Shown here: in pieces, positions 1 through 14,149 of the stretch
Numbering within the stretch: position 1 is the stretch's first letter
Layout: every line of letters starts with the position of its first letter
From: Eledone cirrhosa
Lineage: Eukaryota
NCBI GenBank assembly: GCA_964016885.1
Contig: CAXHJY010000194.1
Span: 70,210 to 134,209, forward strand
Length of the DNA stretch: 64,000 nucleotides
Direction of reading: 5' to 3'
The notes under the pieces: model-generated
Told to the model about the DNA's origin: nothing
Seen by the model: the letters and a program-made list of their open reading frames with translations, nothing else
Databases searched by the model: none
Program-made: the position numbers and the translations under genes

Positions 1-1510
<1,510 letters not shown>

Positions 1511-1512
1511 AT

Positions 1513-2789
1513 AGAGAAGAAATTCCAAACATGGAAGCACGGCCTAGAGTCAAAAGGACTTAAAATTAACCTGGCTAAGACCAAAGTTCTAGTTTGTAGG
1601 AAAGAAAACAAAGCGGCGGTCCCTTCTGGGAAATGGTCTTGCCTGGTGTGTAGGAAAGGCGTAGGTAGAAACTCCATTTTATGTCCTAAATGCAAAGTAT
1701 GGGTGCATAAAAGATGTAGTGGGATCACAGGTAAGCTAACTAAGAACATAGATTTTACATGTGGCCGGTGTTCTGGTGCAATAAGTAGCAGCAAGTGCCC
1801 ACAAAATACTAGCTCTTTCAATTGCGCAGAGGGTTCTATAGAAATAGTGGACAGCTTCCGTTACCTGGGCGATAAAATCAGCAGTGGGGGAGGGTGCTAT
1901 GAAAGTACAGTAGCTAGAGTCAGAACTGGTTGGAAAAAGTTCAGAGAGCTTATACCACTATTAGCTGCTAAAGGGTTCTCCCTAAAAATGAAAGGCAGGT
2001 TGTACGATGCCTGCATACGAACAGCAATGTTGCATGGCAGTGAGACCTGGGCATTGTGTGCAGAGGATATACGCAGACTAGAGAGGATGAAGCTTGCATG
2101 CTCCGCTGGATGTGTAACAGTAATATACGTGAACGGCAAAGCATAAACGAACTAAGGAAAAAATTAGAGAGAAGGCTACGTTGGTATGGACACGTGATGC
2201 ACATGAAAGTCGATAGCTGTATAACAAAGTGCAGGGCAATAAAGATAGACGGTAGCCACGGAATAGACAGACCTAGAAAAATCTGGGACGAGCTGATAAA
2301 CTCCGACATCACACACTTACACTTCTCCAAGACAATGTCACTGGACCGAGACCTTTGGCGGTACTCAGTAACAGAGAAGACCCGCCTTACCTAAATATAT
2401 AGTAAAACCTACTCCAGCCAGTAGGCATCTCTAACAAAATACACCCCGTCCCACCACCACCACCCCATTCACACCACCCCGTTCTATGTAAAGTTATGTT
2501 GGTGCCGCGCCATCCAGGCCGAAACAAATGAAATCGTGTAGGTGTCACGACAAAAAAACACACAGTCCACGCTGTAATGTGGCCGTGTAGGCAACACGGT
2601 AAAAACCTCCCAGACCCAGACTGTAAATGTGGTTGGTGTTAGGAAGGGCATCCAACTGTAGAAAACCTGCCAGACAGTCCTATGCGAGCAAGACAATCAC
2701 TCTTCCCTCAAGTGGGACTACCCCCGTCCAAACCCATGCAAGCGTGGAACACGGACGTTAAACGTAGATGATGATGATGATGATGATGA

Positions 2790-2790
<1 letters not shown>
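1513..2790 (+). mobile_element. 5'-truncated RTE-clade LINE (end of RT, PHD-like finger, C-terminal domain, 3' UTR, (GAT)n tail); frameshifted
   Basis: Translation [10 protein letters not shown]...VDSFRYLGD...LHGSETW, then frameshift to RLRWYGHVMHM...RPRKIW. These are typical RTE post-RT motifs. Ends in gatgatgat followed by (TA)n. Confidence 0.92.
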
Positions 2791-2829
<39 letters not shown>

Positions 2830-2830
<1 letters not shown>

Positions 2831-4991
2831 CATCATCATCATCATCGTTTAACGTCCGTGTTCCACGCTTGCATGGGTTTGGACGGGAGTTTTCCCACTT
2901 GAGGCAAGAGTGATTGTCTTGCTCGCATAGGACTGTCTGGCGGGTTTTCTACAGCTGGATGCCCTTCCTAACACCACCACATTTACAGTGTGGGGCTGGG
3001 AGGTTTTTACCGTGTTGCCTACAAGGCCACATTACAGCGTGGACTGTGTGTTTTTTTGTCGTGACACCTACACAATCTGATTTGTTTCGGCCTGGATGTT
3101 GTGGCACCAACATAACTTTACATTAAAAGGGGCGGTGTGGATGGGGTGGGGGTGGTGCGACGGGGGTGTATTTTGTTAGAGGTGCCTACTGACTGTAGTA
3201 GGTTTTACTTTGTATTTAGGTAAGGCGGGTCTTCTCTATTACTGAGTACCTCCAAAGGTCTCGGTCCAGTGACATTGTGTGTGAGGTCGGAATTTATCAG
3301 CTCGTCCCAGGTTTTTCTGGGTCTGCCTACTCCGTAGCTACCGTCTATCTTTATTGCCCTGCACTTTGTTATACAGCTGTCGTCTTTCATGCGCATCACG
3401 TGACCATACCAACGTTGCCTTCTCTCAGGTAAACAACATCTGATCCCTCTTATTTCTAATTTTTTCCTTAGTTTGTTTATGCTTTGCCGTTCACGTATAT
3501 TACTATTACACATCCAGCGGAGCATGCAAGCTTCGTTCCTCTCTAGTCTGCGTATATCCTCTGCACACAATGCCCAGGTCTCACTGCCATGCAACATTGT
3601 TGTTCGTATGCAGGCATCGTACAACCTGCCTTTCATTTTTAGGGAGAACCCTTTAGCGGCTAATAGTGGTATAAGCTCTCTGAACTTTTTCCATCCAGTT
3701 CTGTCTCTAGCTACTGTACTTTCAGAGCACCCTCCGCCACTGCTGATTTTGTCACCCAGGTAACGGAAGCTGTCCACTACTTCTATAGAACCCTCTGCGC
3801 AATTGAAAGAGCTAGTATTTTGTGGGCACTTGCTGCTACTTATTGCACCAGAGCACCGGCCACATGTAAAATCTATGTTCTTAGTTAGCTTACCTGTGAT
3901 CCCACTACATCTTTTATGCACCCATACTTTGTATTTGGGACATAAAATGGAGTTTCTACCTACGCCTTTCCTACACACTGAGCATGGCCATTTCCCGGAA
4001 GGGACCGCCGCCTTATTTTCTTTCCTACAAACTAGAACTTTAGTCTTAGCCAGGTTAATTTTAAGGCCTTTTGATTCTAGGCCGTGCTTCTATGTTTGGA
4101 ATTTCTTCTCTAGCTCGGCCATTGATTCAGCTATGAGCGTTAGATCATCTGCGTATAGGAGTTCCCATGGGCAGCCGGTCTTGAACTCCACTGTTATAGG
4201 CTGAAGGGCAATAATAAATAGTAGGGGGCTAAGAACAGAGCCCTGATGAACACCAACTTTTATACTAAACTCTTCACTATATTCGTTGTTAATTCTAACC
4301 TTGCTGACTGTTTCTTTATACATGGCTTGTATAGCTCTCACAAGCCATTCGTCAACACCTAGTTTTCTAAGAGCCCACCAGATAATGGAACGGGGGACTC
4401 TGTCGAAGGCTTTCTCCAAGTCAACAAAAGCTAAGTATAGGGGTTTACTTTTAGCTAGGTACTTCTCCTGTAGTTGTCGTACAATGAAAAGAGCGTCTGT
4501 GGTACTTTTGCCTGACACAAAACCGAACTGCATTTCATCTAGATCAATTCTCTCTCTGATTAGTTGCGCTATTACTTTTTCCGTGACCTTCATGACCTGG
4601 TCGATTAATTTAATGCCTCTATAGTTACTCCTATCTAGGGCATCTCCTTTACCCTTGTAACAGTTAATGATGATGCTGCTACGCCAGTCCTTCGGAACAA
4701 CCCCATTCTGTATGACTTGGTTTACTATCCGGGTGACCATGGTGTGTCCCACCGTTCCAGAGGCTTTCAGCATCTCAGCAACTATTTCCGAAGGCCCAGC
4801 CACCTTACCCATCTTCATATCTTTGATTGCCTTACTTATTATACTACCTTCGACTAACACTGCCAGTCCCTCTATTGGGTCAATGTGGGGGAGACTGTCT
4901 TTCTCCCATTTATTCTCCTCATTTAGAAGCCTTTCGTAGTGACACTTCCAAGCTACCTTCTTATCAGCATCAGTGATAGCAAGTACGCCAT
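2830..4991 (-). mobile_element. 5'-truncated RTE-clade LINE with reverse transcriptase domain; inactivated by an in-frame stop at about 4090
   Basis: ORF 4090-4860 has RT motifs NYRGIKL, QFGF, FVDLEKAFDRV, GVHQGSVLSPLLF, LLYADD. A TAG replaces the TGG seen in the + copy (KKFQT*KHG), and the frame continues as ORF 3205-3978. Same family as 1513-2790. Confidence 0.95.
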
Positions 4992-5057
4992 GTATATATA
5001 TATATATATGTATATATATAGAAGGATTTAAATGGATACAGTTCAGTTAAAAGGAAT

Positions 5058-5178
5058 TTATTGACACGTGTTTCAATAACAGTTACATAACCTGAAAACA
5101 GCTGCTATCTAAAAAGTATTAATTATGCAGACATTCAATATTTCAATGTTATTATCAACTGTCATTTGATCAGAATAA
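5058..5178 (-). ncRNA. Degenerate type I hammerhead ribozyme motif (core CUGAUCA)
   Basis: Minus strand reads UUAUU-CUGAUCA-AAUGACAG...CUGUUAUU-GAAAC-ACGU-GUC-AAUAA. Stems I and II pair, stem III is palindromic, and there is one core change (G8C). Confidence 0.7.
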
Positions 5179-6653
5179 TTTTATTGAGAACCTGTTTGGT
5201 TTTTATAGAGAATATTAAGAGGGAGGGGTGAAGTTGTTAGAGGAATAGTTAAGGGAGTGGATAGAGATTTTTTTTTCATGTGAGAAAAACCACAGACCCT
5301 CCATCTCAACTCTACTTTTGAAAAGCAGAAGAACTGCGAAACCGGTAAAGGAACCAAATAAATATATATATATTTTTTTAAAATAAGACTCCAGTTGCAT
5401 TTTCGATTTCATATTTTTTTCCTTTATACTTTCACTCGTGTAGGACACCTCGGTTATTTTTCATTTTGTAAAAAAACCTCACTTTCTAATATATATATAT
5501 ATGTGTGTGTGTGCGTGCGTGTTTATTTATGTGTGTGTGAGTATTTTCGTTTTGGTTTTTTCTATGTGCAACTTTGCTCTTTATTACTAATGTAGCACTA
5601 AACACTCTTTGTTTGATTAAGTAAGTCTTTACTTATCAGCATTACAACTCTCTCTCTCTCTCTCACAGTTTCGCCTCTTTTTTTACGAAAGTCTATTTTT
5701 ATTTCCTTTCAACCTGCATTACTATTTGCACAACTTACCTGCACCATATCCTCTCCTGTTTCCAGCTATAAGTCTTTTTATTCCTATTTGTTTATACACT
5801 TGCATTGCTATCCTACCTGAAAGACACTCCATTGTTTTCGTCTGTCTCTGTGTTGTGCTGTGTCATATACATCTTTTCACTGACCTCTTCAAGTTGTTGT
5901 GAAATCTGGGCTCAATATTATGAAATCACACTGTTAAACACAAAATTGCATTGACAGGGAGTGGCCGATAAGGATGTTAGATACTTTCATTTCTTCATCT
6001 CAATTTTTCTATGTGCAACATTGATATATATATATATGTGTGTGTGTGTATACACACAATCATTTTTTTAGAACTGTTCAGTGAATAATGGATTTTGAAT
6101 GTATGTCAGCTTAAAGTTAATAGCTTCAGTGCAGATTTTTGTCTATGAAAAATAGTCTTAACAAGTTGGGCAATTAAACCACTAGAGACAGACAAAATTC
6201 ATAATTCGCTCAACAGATCTAAAAATAGGTTTGTTTATTCACCTACAGGTTGACAGATAAGAGTTAAATAATGGAAAAAATTGTAAACCCACTTTGGTGT
6301 AATTGGTAGCATGGTTGTACAGTATGTGGCAGGTGTGGGTTTTGTCCTGCAGGCAATACTACCCACTTTTTTCTCTCTTGGGGCTTATATGCCCAACTTG
6401 GTAGACTAATTTTCATAGTCATAACCCTGCATAATATATATATATATATAAATACATACATACACACTGTAACATGGTTGTTATTAGGAAGGGCATCAAG
6501 CTGTAGATACCAAGCCAAAATACAGATCCGTATGAGCAAGACGTGGTCTCTGGACCTGACTTGTCTTAAAACATGACCCATTCAAGCTTGGAAAATGGAC
6601 ATTAAATGATAATGGCGAAGATGATGATATTATCCTATCTGTATCCATCACCC

Positions 6654-6850
6654 TTAGGCGAGACAAGCAAGTACAGCTTCATGCCAACAATTTCTGTTTG
6701 CCATCACGGTTTGTAGGTCTTCCTTACCAATTCCAGTGTCTTTTGCTAAGTCATTCTGGTCTCTAAGCTTTCTGTTAGAGGAGATCTCCCTCAACAAGAG
6801 GTCTGAAACCATCTCATCAAGAAAATGTAATGGGCAATTTGGTGTCATGG
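6654..6850 (-). mobile_element. Decayed non-LTR retrotransposon C-terminal fragment (RTE/RTEX-like)
   Basis: Translation DLAKDTGIGKEDLQTVMANRNCW resembles the terminal LxxDxG...MxxRxxW motif of RTE-type ORFs. Confidence 0.5.
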
Positions 6851-7017
6851 TAGCATATCTGCCCGGTAAGTAAGAAGGTGTGAGTTTGTGTCCCTTATGT
6901 ACTAAAGTCCATTTTTTCCATTAAATGGGGTTTCTATTTTTCTACAGTATAACAAATTTGATGAATCTTTAACTTTCTCATATATATATACATATATATA
7001 TATGAAAAAATTCAGGA

Positions 7018-7097
7018 CCCCGACGGCTGAGCTCCGGCCGTTTCAACAGCTAGTATCAAGTACTCTGATGCAAAATGGTCTAACTGGTTTTTATCAC
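7018..7097 (-). ncRNA. Degenerate hammerhead-like motif
   Basis: Minus strand reads GUGAUAA-..CAGUUAG...CUAGCUGUU-GAAAC-GGCCGGAGCUCAGCC-GUC-GGGG. Stem III is near-palindromic; core and stem I are decayed. A related 3' half occurs near 27903-27932. Confidence 0.4.
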
Positions 7098-7891
7098 CTC
7101 CAATCTGATCTCTCTTTCTCTCTTTATATATATATATATATATATTGTAAAAGGTAAACAGAAATAGCAACACAATCGGTATCGGTACAGTATATGGAAG
7201 GGATATATTAGGTTAATGCTTGATATAGCAGGAAGAGGGTCTTAATCTTTCAGATGCTAGTCCTTCATCAAAAGAAAGAATGAGAAATAAGATAGATTGA
7301 GGGGATGGGCGGGTTGGAATTGGGAAAAATGTCTTTAGATAAAAATAACAGGTCCATTCATGTTGACATCTCTTGCAAAACTGTTGGTGCTGGCGTTTTG
7401 TGTATGATTTATGTTTTAGAAAAGTGGATGATGGAGTGCATCTTCCTGAAATGGCAAAAAAAAAACGTTTTGTAAAAAGAGCTATATTTGTGCACGTGCG
7501 TAAGCATGTGTGTGTGTGTGTGTTATTATACGTCTGTATGAACCTAAGAAGACGTGTGTGTATATGTGAGTAAAAGAGTGCGTGTGCATGTAAGTACGAA
7601 GCTATGAAGAAAAGTATGTTAATATAAGGTTTTGTATGTGTGTATACAGAGCAGTGAAGGGAAAAGTGGAGTGAGCATATATAGTCGGTCTGTATTAGTT
7701 GTAAGAGAAGATGTTAATGATCATGAGAAAGCAATAGGAATCTAGGGGTGTGATAATGGACGGGGTATTAGAGAAACTGAGGAGGTGAGTTGAGTTCAAG
7801 AGGGGAATAGGATCCAAGGTGATGAATCAGACTCTGTTCAGTCCTGGTGCGCATCATCATCATTATCATCATCTAATGTCCATCTTCCACG

Positions 7892-7928
<37 letters not shown>

Positions 7929-8179
7929 AGAAAGTAGTACAGCATAATCGAAGCTCTGGTTGCGGGCAAGCTAATGAATGCTGTCGGGAAGTGCAGCCAA
8001 AAGCACTCAATAAGGAATTTTACCTTAGAGTTATAACATTACGTTTAGACAGCTATGCAAATTGAAGCCAGCGACCGAAGAGGGAGCTGCTAGGACCAGC
8101 ACAACGAAAAAACCGACTCAAGGAAAAGTTTGACTGTTACCTGGACCATTATGGACATATTACATAATATTATATAACA

Positions 8180-8320
8180 AGAGTTACGGTCCTTGCCATT
8201 CTGAGTTCAAATCCCGCCGAGGTTAACTTTGCCTTTCATCCTTACAGGGTCGATAAAATAAAGTACCAGTAATGCACTGGGTAATTGCTGGCCTTGTGCC
8301 TAACGTAGAAACAATTATAT
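8180..8320 (+). mobile_element. Nin-domain SINE fragment
   Basis: gagttcaaatcccg (B-box-like) followed by gcctttcatccttacagggtcgataaaataaagtaccag, a core repeated many times in the window. Confidence 0.75.
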
Positions 8321-8762
8321 AACATCTCCACTAGGTTTTCTGTAAATCTGAAATCAACATATATATATATATATAATTTAGATTGATATTCAATAATTTC
8401 AGGCCCACTGTACCATAATTGCTAAAAAAACAACAACAAAAAAAAACATTATTCAGAGGGCACTCTTAAAAGATATTACAGAGACATGTTTCAATGTTAC
8501 ATATATATAACATTGAACTAGGCAGAATAGTAAGGCTAGTAAAGTTATTACTTCTATTACTTTAGTGAATCACTGTTCTTTGAAGCCCGTAAGGCACTGT
8601 TTCAAGTTGAGAGAAACTCCACCAATTACTATTATTAAATTGATAATTAGTAAAGTTAAGATCAAAACTCTCACCAATATGCTATCTTATTAATTAGACA
8701 AAGTTATCAGAGCTAGTTACAGATTTTGTTAAAAATTCACCCCTATTTATTTCTCTTTGCAG

Positions 8763-8858
8763 TCGAAATCCTTAAGTCCAGTACGAAATGTTCAGAGCCC
8801 AACCCTTTATGGTTATATGCCTCGTGGAACACCTCCACCTCTTCCGGCATGCCCTCCT
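8763..8858 (+). CDS. Putative internal coding exon (phase 0-0), SKSLSPVRNVQSPTLYGYMPRGTPPPLPACPP; probably part of the SASH1-like gene
   Basis: Acceptor tttctctttgcag, donor gtaagt, 96 nt open frame with a PPPLP motif; phase-compatible with the next exon. Confidence 0.7.
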
Positions 8859-8919
8859 GTAAGTAAATCATACTTTTTTATCATAATTTCTAGTGTTTGT
8901 CTTTTTGTTCCTCTCTATA

Positions 8920-9020
<101 letters not shown>

Positions 9021-9112
9021 TGTGCATGTATGTTTATATAGCAGTAAGTGTTATATTCACTGCTAGATATGTGTGAAACTATAAAAGCTTGTATTTTTAT
9101 TTCATGTTACAG

Positions 9113-9177
9113 CCATCTTCAAGTCATCAGGAGCGATGTACAGAACTAGAAAAACACATGAAAGGGGTTCATTTAAG
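9113..9177 (+). CDS. Putative internal coding exon (phase 0-2), PSSSHQERCTELEKHMKGVHL(R)
   Basis: Acceptor ttttatttcatgttacag, donor AAG/gtgagt; continues the frame of 8763-8858. Confidence 0.7.
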
Positions 9178-11779
9178 GTGAGTTCCCTTCACAACTTCTT
9201 TGTATTTCCCTCATTAACAGTTATATAAATTACCTGATATGCCTTGCTGTCATCGATTTAGTGTGTATAATACAGTCCATGTTGTTATGGAGACATTCAG
9301 TGTCCTTGGTCCCCCAGATTACCACAGAGGAATGTAAGTTGACTAAATACCAGGCCTTCACTGACCATTTCATTTTTGTTCCGGTCACCATTATGATCTC
9401 CACTTTCTTCAGCCTCCAAACTATCATTGTCATCTACAAGTTCGGGAGATGTGCATCTTGCCTGAGGAAGGAGTCTCATGAGGTGGGATAGCTGATGCAC
9501 CAGATAATGCTGGCTGTTCTTTGCAGCAATGCTTTCACCATCTTGTATTTTGGTGCAGAGAAGATGTACCATCCAGCCCACTGTACAATGCAATGGTTCC
9601 CAACCAAGGGGTATATATGCAGTGTAGGGCAATGGATTCCGACCTAGGAGTCAATGCTTCCCAACCCAGGAGTCAATGCCTTACAACCTAAGTGTCTATA
9701 AACATTACAGAGCAATGGTACCCATCCTTGGGGGTCTCTATAAAAGTTCCCACCCTAGGGGTATATAAAAGTTCCCAACATAGGAGTCTATAAAGCAGAA
9801 TAAGAGATCTGTGAGCTAAATTTAAAATTTCAAGGAATTTCTTAAAAAACAGAGAAAATAGGATCACAGGAAAAAATATGAGGTGGTGGTGATAGTGAGA
9901 GGCAAAACTCTACACCTTTTGCTGGGTTGTATCTCTCAGGTGTACCCTACATGAGGATGATGGTGGTGATGATGGTGATGATGTTGATGATGACGATAGT
10001 GGTGATGGTGATGGGGGTTGTGATGATGATGGTGGTGATAATGACGAAGATGATGATGATGATGATAATTATAATATGATGGTGATAGTGATGGTGTTTT
10101 TGTATGGGCTTCGATGGGTAGTGGAAGAAATGAAGAAATGTGTGGCAGGGGTGGGGAGGTTAAGGGATGTATGAGGGATGATGTGTCGAGGTAGGGAGTT
10201 AGTGAGGTGAAGGGATGTATAAGAGGGAGGGAGAGGTGGGGGTGTATGGGTGAGGAGTAGGAGGAGGAGATGTGGTGGTGGGAACAGATTGAAAAGTGAT
10301 GTAATTAAAGAGGTTTTAGTCTGTGGCAGCAAAAGTGGTGATTAAAATGTATGAGAGGGGGGCAGGGGAGATCAAAGTATGGGATGTGGTGGTGGTGGTG
10401 GTGAGAGAGATAGACAGATGATAGTATGTGGTGTTGGTGGTGGTGGTGGGAATGAATGAATGAAAGAGAGAGAGAAAGTTGATAGCATGTAAGCTGTGAT
10501 GGTGGTGGGTGTGGCGTGAGGTTGAGTGAGAAAGAGAGAGAGGGATCAAAGCTAGTGAGTTGTGGTTTTATGGTGATGGGGAGAGAGAAAGAGAGTGAGA
10601 GAGAGAGAGATGGTAGCATGTGAGCTGTGGTAGTGGTGAGGTGGTGGTGGTGAGTTAGAGAGAGACAGATCAAAGCTAGTGATATGTCATGTTGTGATAG
10701 AGAGATAAGAGAGAGAGAGAGAGAGAATATACTCATCTCCGTCCCTCCCTCTACCCCCCCCCCCCTCTCTCGCATCATTGTTGATGTATGACTCAGAGTG
10801 ACAGACAGAACCAATGGATTCTTCTAGATTTTGGAACATTGCAGTGGGGGGAGGGGGAACAGTACTGCTAGCACACACACACACACACACACACATGTAT
10901 GAACACTCACATGCACTCATACATGTGCACACACACACACACATACACAACCATGTACTCTCTCATACATATACACTCATGTGCTCTCTCATACATGCAC
11001 GCTTATACACTCTCACACACACTCATGCACTCACACAAACACACTCATGTACTCACACACACACGCACTCTTGCACTCACACACAAACACACACATGCAT
11101 GCACACATATACATTCTCACATTCACTCATGCTTACACAGTCAATTGCATGCATACATATATATGTGTACACATATATACATATATACATGCATACATAT
11201 GTATATACTCGTATGCATGTGCAGACATGCATATATGAGTACATCTATTGAACAGACCCAATATCAACTCCAATGATGTGTGTCCTATTTGTTCAATCGA
11301 TGGAACAGCTTTAACATGTCAGTGGCTGAGCATTCCAGAGACACGTGTACCTTTAACATGATACTCAGGGAGATTCAGTGTGTGACAAGACTGGCCCTTT
11401 GAATTACTGATTCAGTCTATCTTGTATTTATAGTATAATTGACTGAACATTTACATTTGTATCTTAACGTAATTCTCAGGGAGATTCAGCATGACAGTGT
11501 CTGACAAGTTTGGCTCTCTGAATTACATGGGCATCCAATCTGTTTATCTCTAGCTAATTTTACTCAGAAGGCTTGGGCTGACCTGTGGCCATGATAAATG
11601 ACATTTACCCCAAATACCACACAGTGGGACCAAACTTAGGGCCTTATTCCAGAAAAGAAAATATCTTAATCGTTCATCCATGGGGCTTCCATGAATACAT
11701 ACATACATACACACACAAACACTCACATACATAACACATAAGCATGCATATATATATATATATATGCCTATATAAGAAA

Positions 11780-11975
11780 TCATTGGATTGGCAGTATTGG
11801 TAGAGGGTCGGACGCCATGCTTTGACACATAGAGTTACGGCCCCTGCCATTCTGAGTTCAAACCTTGCCGAGATTAACTTTGCCTTTCATCCTTACGGGG
11901 TCGGTAAAATAAAATACTAGTAATACACTGGGGATAATTGCTGGCCTTGTGCCAAAAGTAGAAACAATTATTATT
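11780..11975 (+). mobile_element. tRNA-headed Nin-domain SINE
   Basis: A-box-like tggcagtattgg, B-box-like gagttcaaacc, Nin core and (ATT)n tail. Confidence 0.75.
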
Positions 11976-11977
11976 AT

Positions 11978-12282
11978 CTCCATATAATATATAACCAGCA
12001 ATTTCTCTGTCTGTCTGTCTGTCCGACAGTGGAAACACGTGCGCGCATGCAAATGTTTTTTGCGCACGCGTAGAGAGAGAGTGAAAGAAAGAGACAGACT
12101 ACAAGAGGGGGATAGCGGGAGGGAGAGAGGGGGGAATTGAGGAGTGCTACAGAAACATATATACATTTCTGTGTGTGTGTAATATATATATATATACACA
12201 CACAGAAATATATATACATTTCTGTGTGTGTAATATATTTATATACTAGCAGAAAACCACCCGGTGGGCGGTTTTCTGCTAG
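11978..12282 (+). mobile_element. Probable non-autonomous Helitron (copy 1)
   Basis: Starts TC(CATATAATATATAA), followed by (CTGT)n; ends with hairpin accaccc-ggt-gggcggt and CTAG|T. Confidence 0.5.
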
Positions 12283-13228
12283 TCTATATATATAAAACTG
12301 AGGATGTCTGTCTGTGTGTGTGTGAGTTTGATCCCTAAATCTAGAGAAGCACCCAACCGACTGTTTTCAAACTTTACACATGTAATACTTATGTTTCAGG
12401 GAATGTTCTGAGCAAAAAAGATTTCCAATTTTCAATGCCCTAGGGACCGCATTAGGCGATTTAACGATCTCTCTCTATAATTCTTAGTCTTTCTCTTTTT
12501 AGATAGATAGATACATACATATAACGTCGCTCCCTTATAATATCTGTCTGTATGTCTGGCTGTCTGCATTACATCACTTCCCTGAGGATGTCTGTCTGTG
12601 TGTGTGTGTGTGTGTGTGTGCATCTGTGAGTTTGAATCCCTAAACCTCGAGAAGTACCCATCCGATTCTTTTCAAACTTTACACGTGTATTATGTTTCAG
12701 AGAGTGTTATACACATAAACAAATTCAATTTTTTTATCTCCTAGGTGAAAAACTGCGTTTGATCTCATTAGGTGAAAAACTACGTTTTTTCAGGTTTTTA
12801 GGGGTTATTTGAGGCGTTACGTCAGACCGATTTCCTTGAAATTGTAACTATGTATTAGTCAGTCTCTTCTTCATACTGTGAGCAAAGAAAATTCAACTTT
12901 TTTTATGGCCTAGGGCCCACATTAGGTGAAAAACTTCATTTTTTCATCTTTTTGGAGGCATTATGTCTAGCCGCTTTTCCCGAAATTTCAAGGCATATTA
13001 TGACCATAAAAAAAATTCAATTTCTTGATCCCCTAGGGCCCGCATTAGGTCAAAACCTGCATTTTTCCTGCTTCATCGAGGAAAATCTTAAAGATTATCC
13101 AGCCATCAGAGTATTCGGTTTATTTTCTTTACATATTGTCCAGGCATGCAGTTTTTCCACAATTAGGTCTGTTGGCGGCCCGCGTTCCAAAATACCTTAT
13201 CCCGTGCAACACCGGGTACCACTGCTAG
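12283..13228 (+). mobile_element. Non-autonomous Helitron (copy 2) with an internal duplication
   Basis: 5' end TCTATATATATAAAA; 3' hairpin cccg-tgcaacac-cggg, then CTAG at 13225-13228 followed by T; no TSD seen. Segment of about 12298-12460 is duplicated at about 12582-12780. Confidence 0.72.
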
Positions 13229-13244
13229 TAATATATCTATCTAT

Positions 13245-13530
13245 CTAGGGCGAGTAAAATTCCCGAGATCCATGGACGAGTTCTCTCCAGCGGTCTCTGT
13301 CCCTCATTATCGCTGCCATGTCCTGCGTCTCCAACAGACCTTAGGGCATCAACATACGTTAACCTTGGTCTTCCTCTTCCAGTGTGTCCATGTAGGGGCT
13401 CCCACAGGAGCACTGAGTGCAATGTCAACTCTGGATGTCGGTGAGCATGTCCAGCTAACCTCAGTCTCCTCTGTGTCACTTTTGAGCTGACTCTTGGGAG
13501 GCTCCCATACAGCTCTGAGTTTTTCATCCG
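13245..13530 (-). mobile_element. Non-LTR retrotransposon 3' fragment (RTE/RTEX-like)
   Basis: Translation ELYGSLPRVSSKVTQRRLRLAGHAHRHPE...LLWEPLHGHTGRGRPRLTYVD. Confidence 0.8.
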
Positions 13531-13554
13531 CAGTATATACTGATTAATGTTAAT

Positions 13555-13730
13555 AATAATAATTGTTTCTTATATAGGCACAAGGCCAGCAATTTTTGGA
13601 GGAGGGGAAAGTCGATTAAATTCATCCCAGTACATTACTGGTACTTTACTTTATAGACCCCGTAAGGATGAAAGGCAAAGCTAACCATGGGTGGGATTTG
13701 AACTCAGACCGTAAAGGGCCATAACTCTAA
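13555..13730 (-). mobile_element. Nin-domain SINE
   Basis: Reverse complement of the Nin core (ctggtactttactttatagaccccgtaaggatgaaaggc) with (AAT)n tail. Confidence 0.7.
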
Positions 13731-13771
13731 TAAAAAGGACGAAATATTAAATTTTCATTATATCTATTGAG

Positions 13772-13852
13772 GTATGATGCACGTTTTGCGATTGATCGGC
13801 TCAAGGTTCAATCAATATCGATCGACTCTGGAATCAAAAGCTCGTCAGACTT
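13772..13852 (-). ncRNA. Degenerate hammerhead-like motif
   Basis: Minus strand reads CUGACGA-GCUUUUGAU...AUCAAUCGC-AAAAC-GUGC-AUC. GAAA has become AAAA; changes are consistent with CpG decay; stem I is poor. Confidence 0.4.
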
Positions 13853-13866
13853 CTGTTATGGTAATG

Positions 13867-13901
<35 letters not shown>

Positions 13902-14149
13902 GAGATGGGATTGTCCATCTTTCCGTTGTTTTTTTTTCCATTGTCTTTGTCCTGTGTGGTCCCTATTTTGAATATATATATATATTCAAAACTCAGAGGA
14001 CAAAACTCTGATTCCATCAGAGAAATGGCCATGTTCGATATGTAGAAAAGGAACTGGCATAAATTCTATAACAGGTAGGGAAAACTGTGTATGCAGTAGA
14101 TGTACAGGGAAATTTTACAGTAGTAATCGCATTGATAGACACATTTTTC

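Noticed and set aside
8473-8530. Hairpin with GAAACATGTC on the minus strand
   Set aside because: No CUGANGA-like core at the expected position; too decayed to call.
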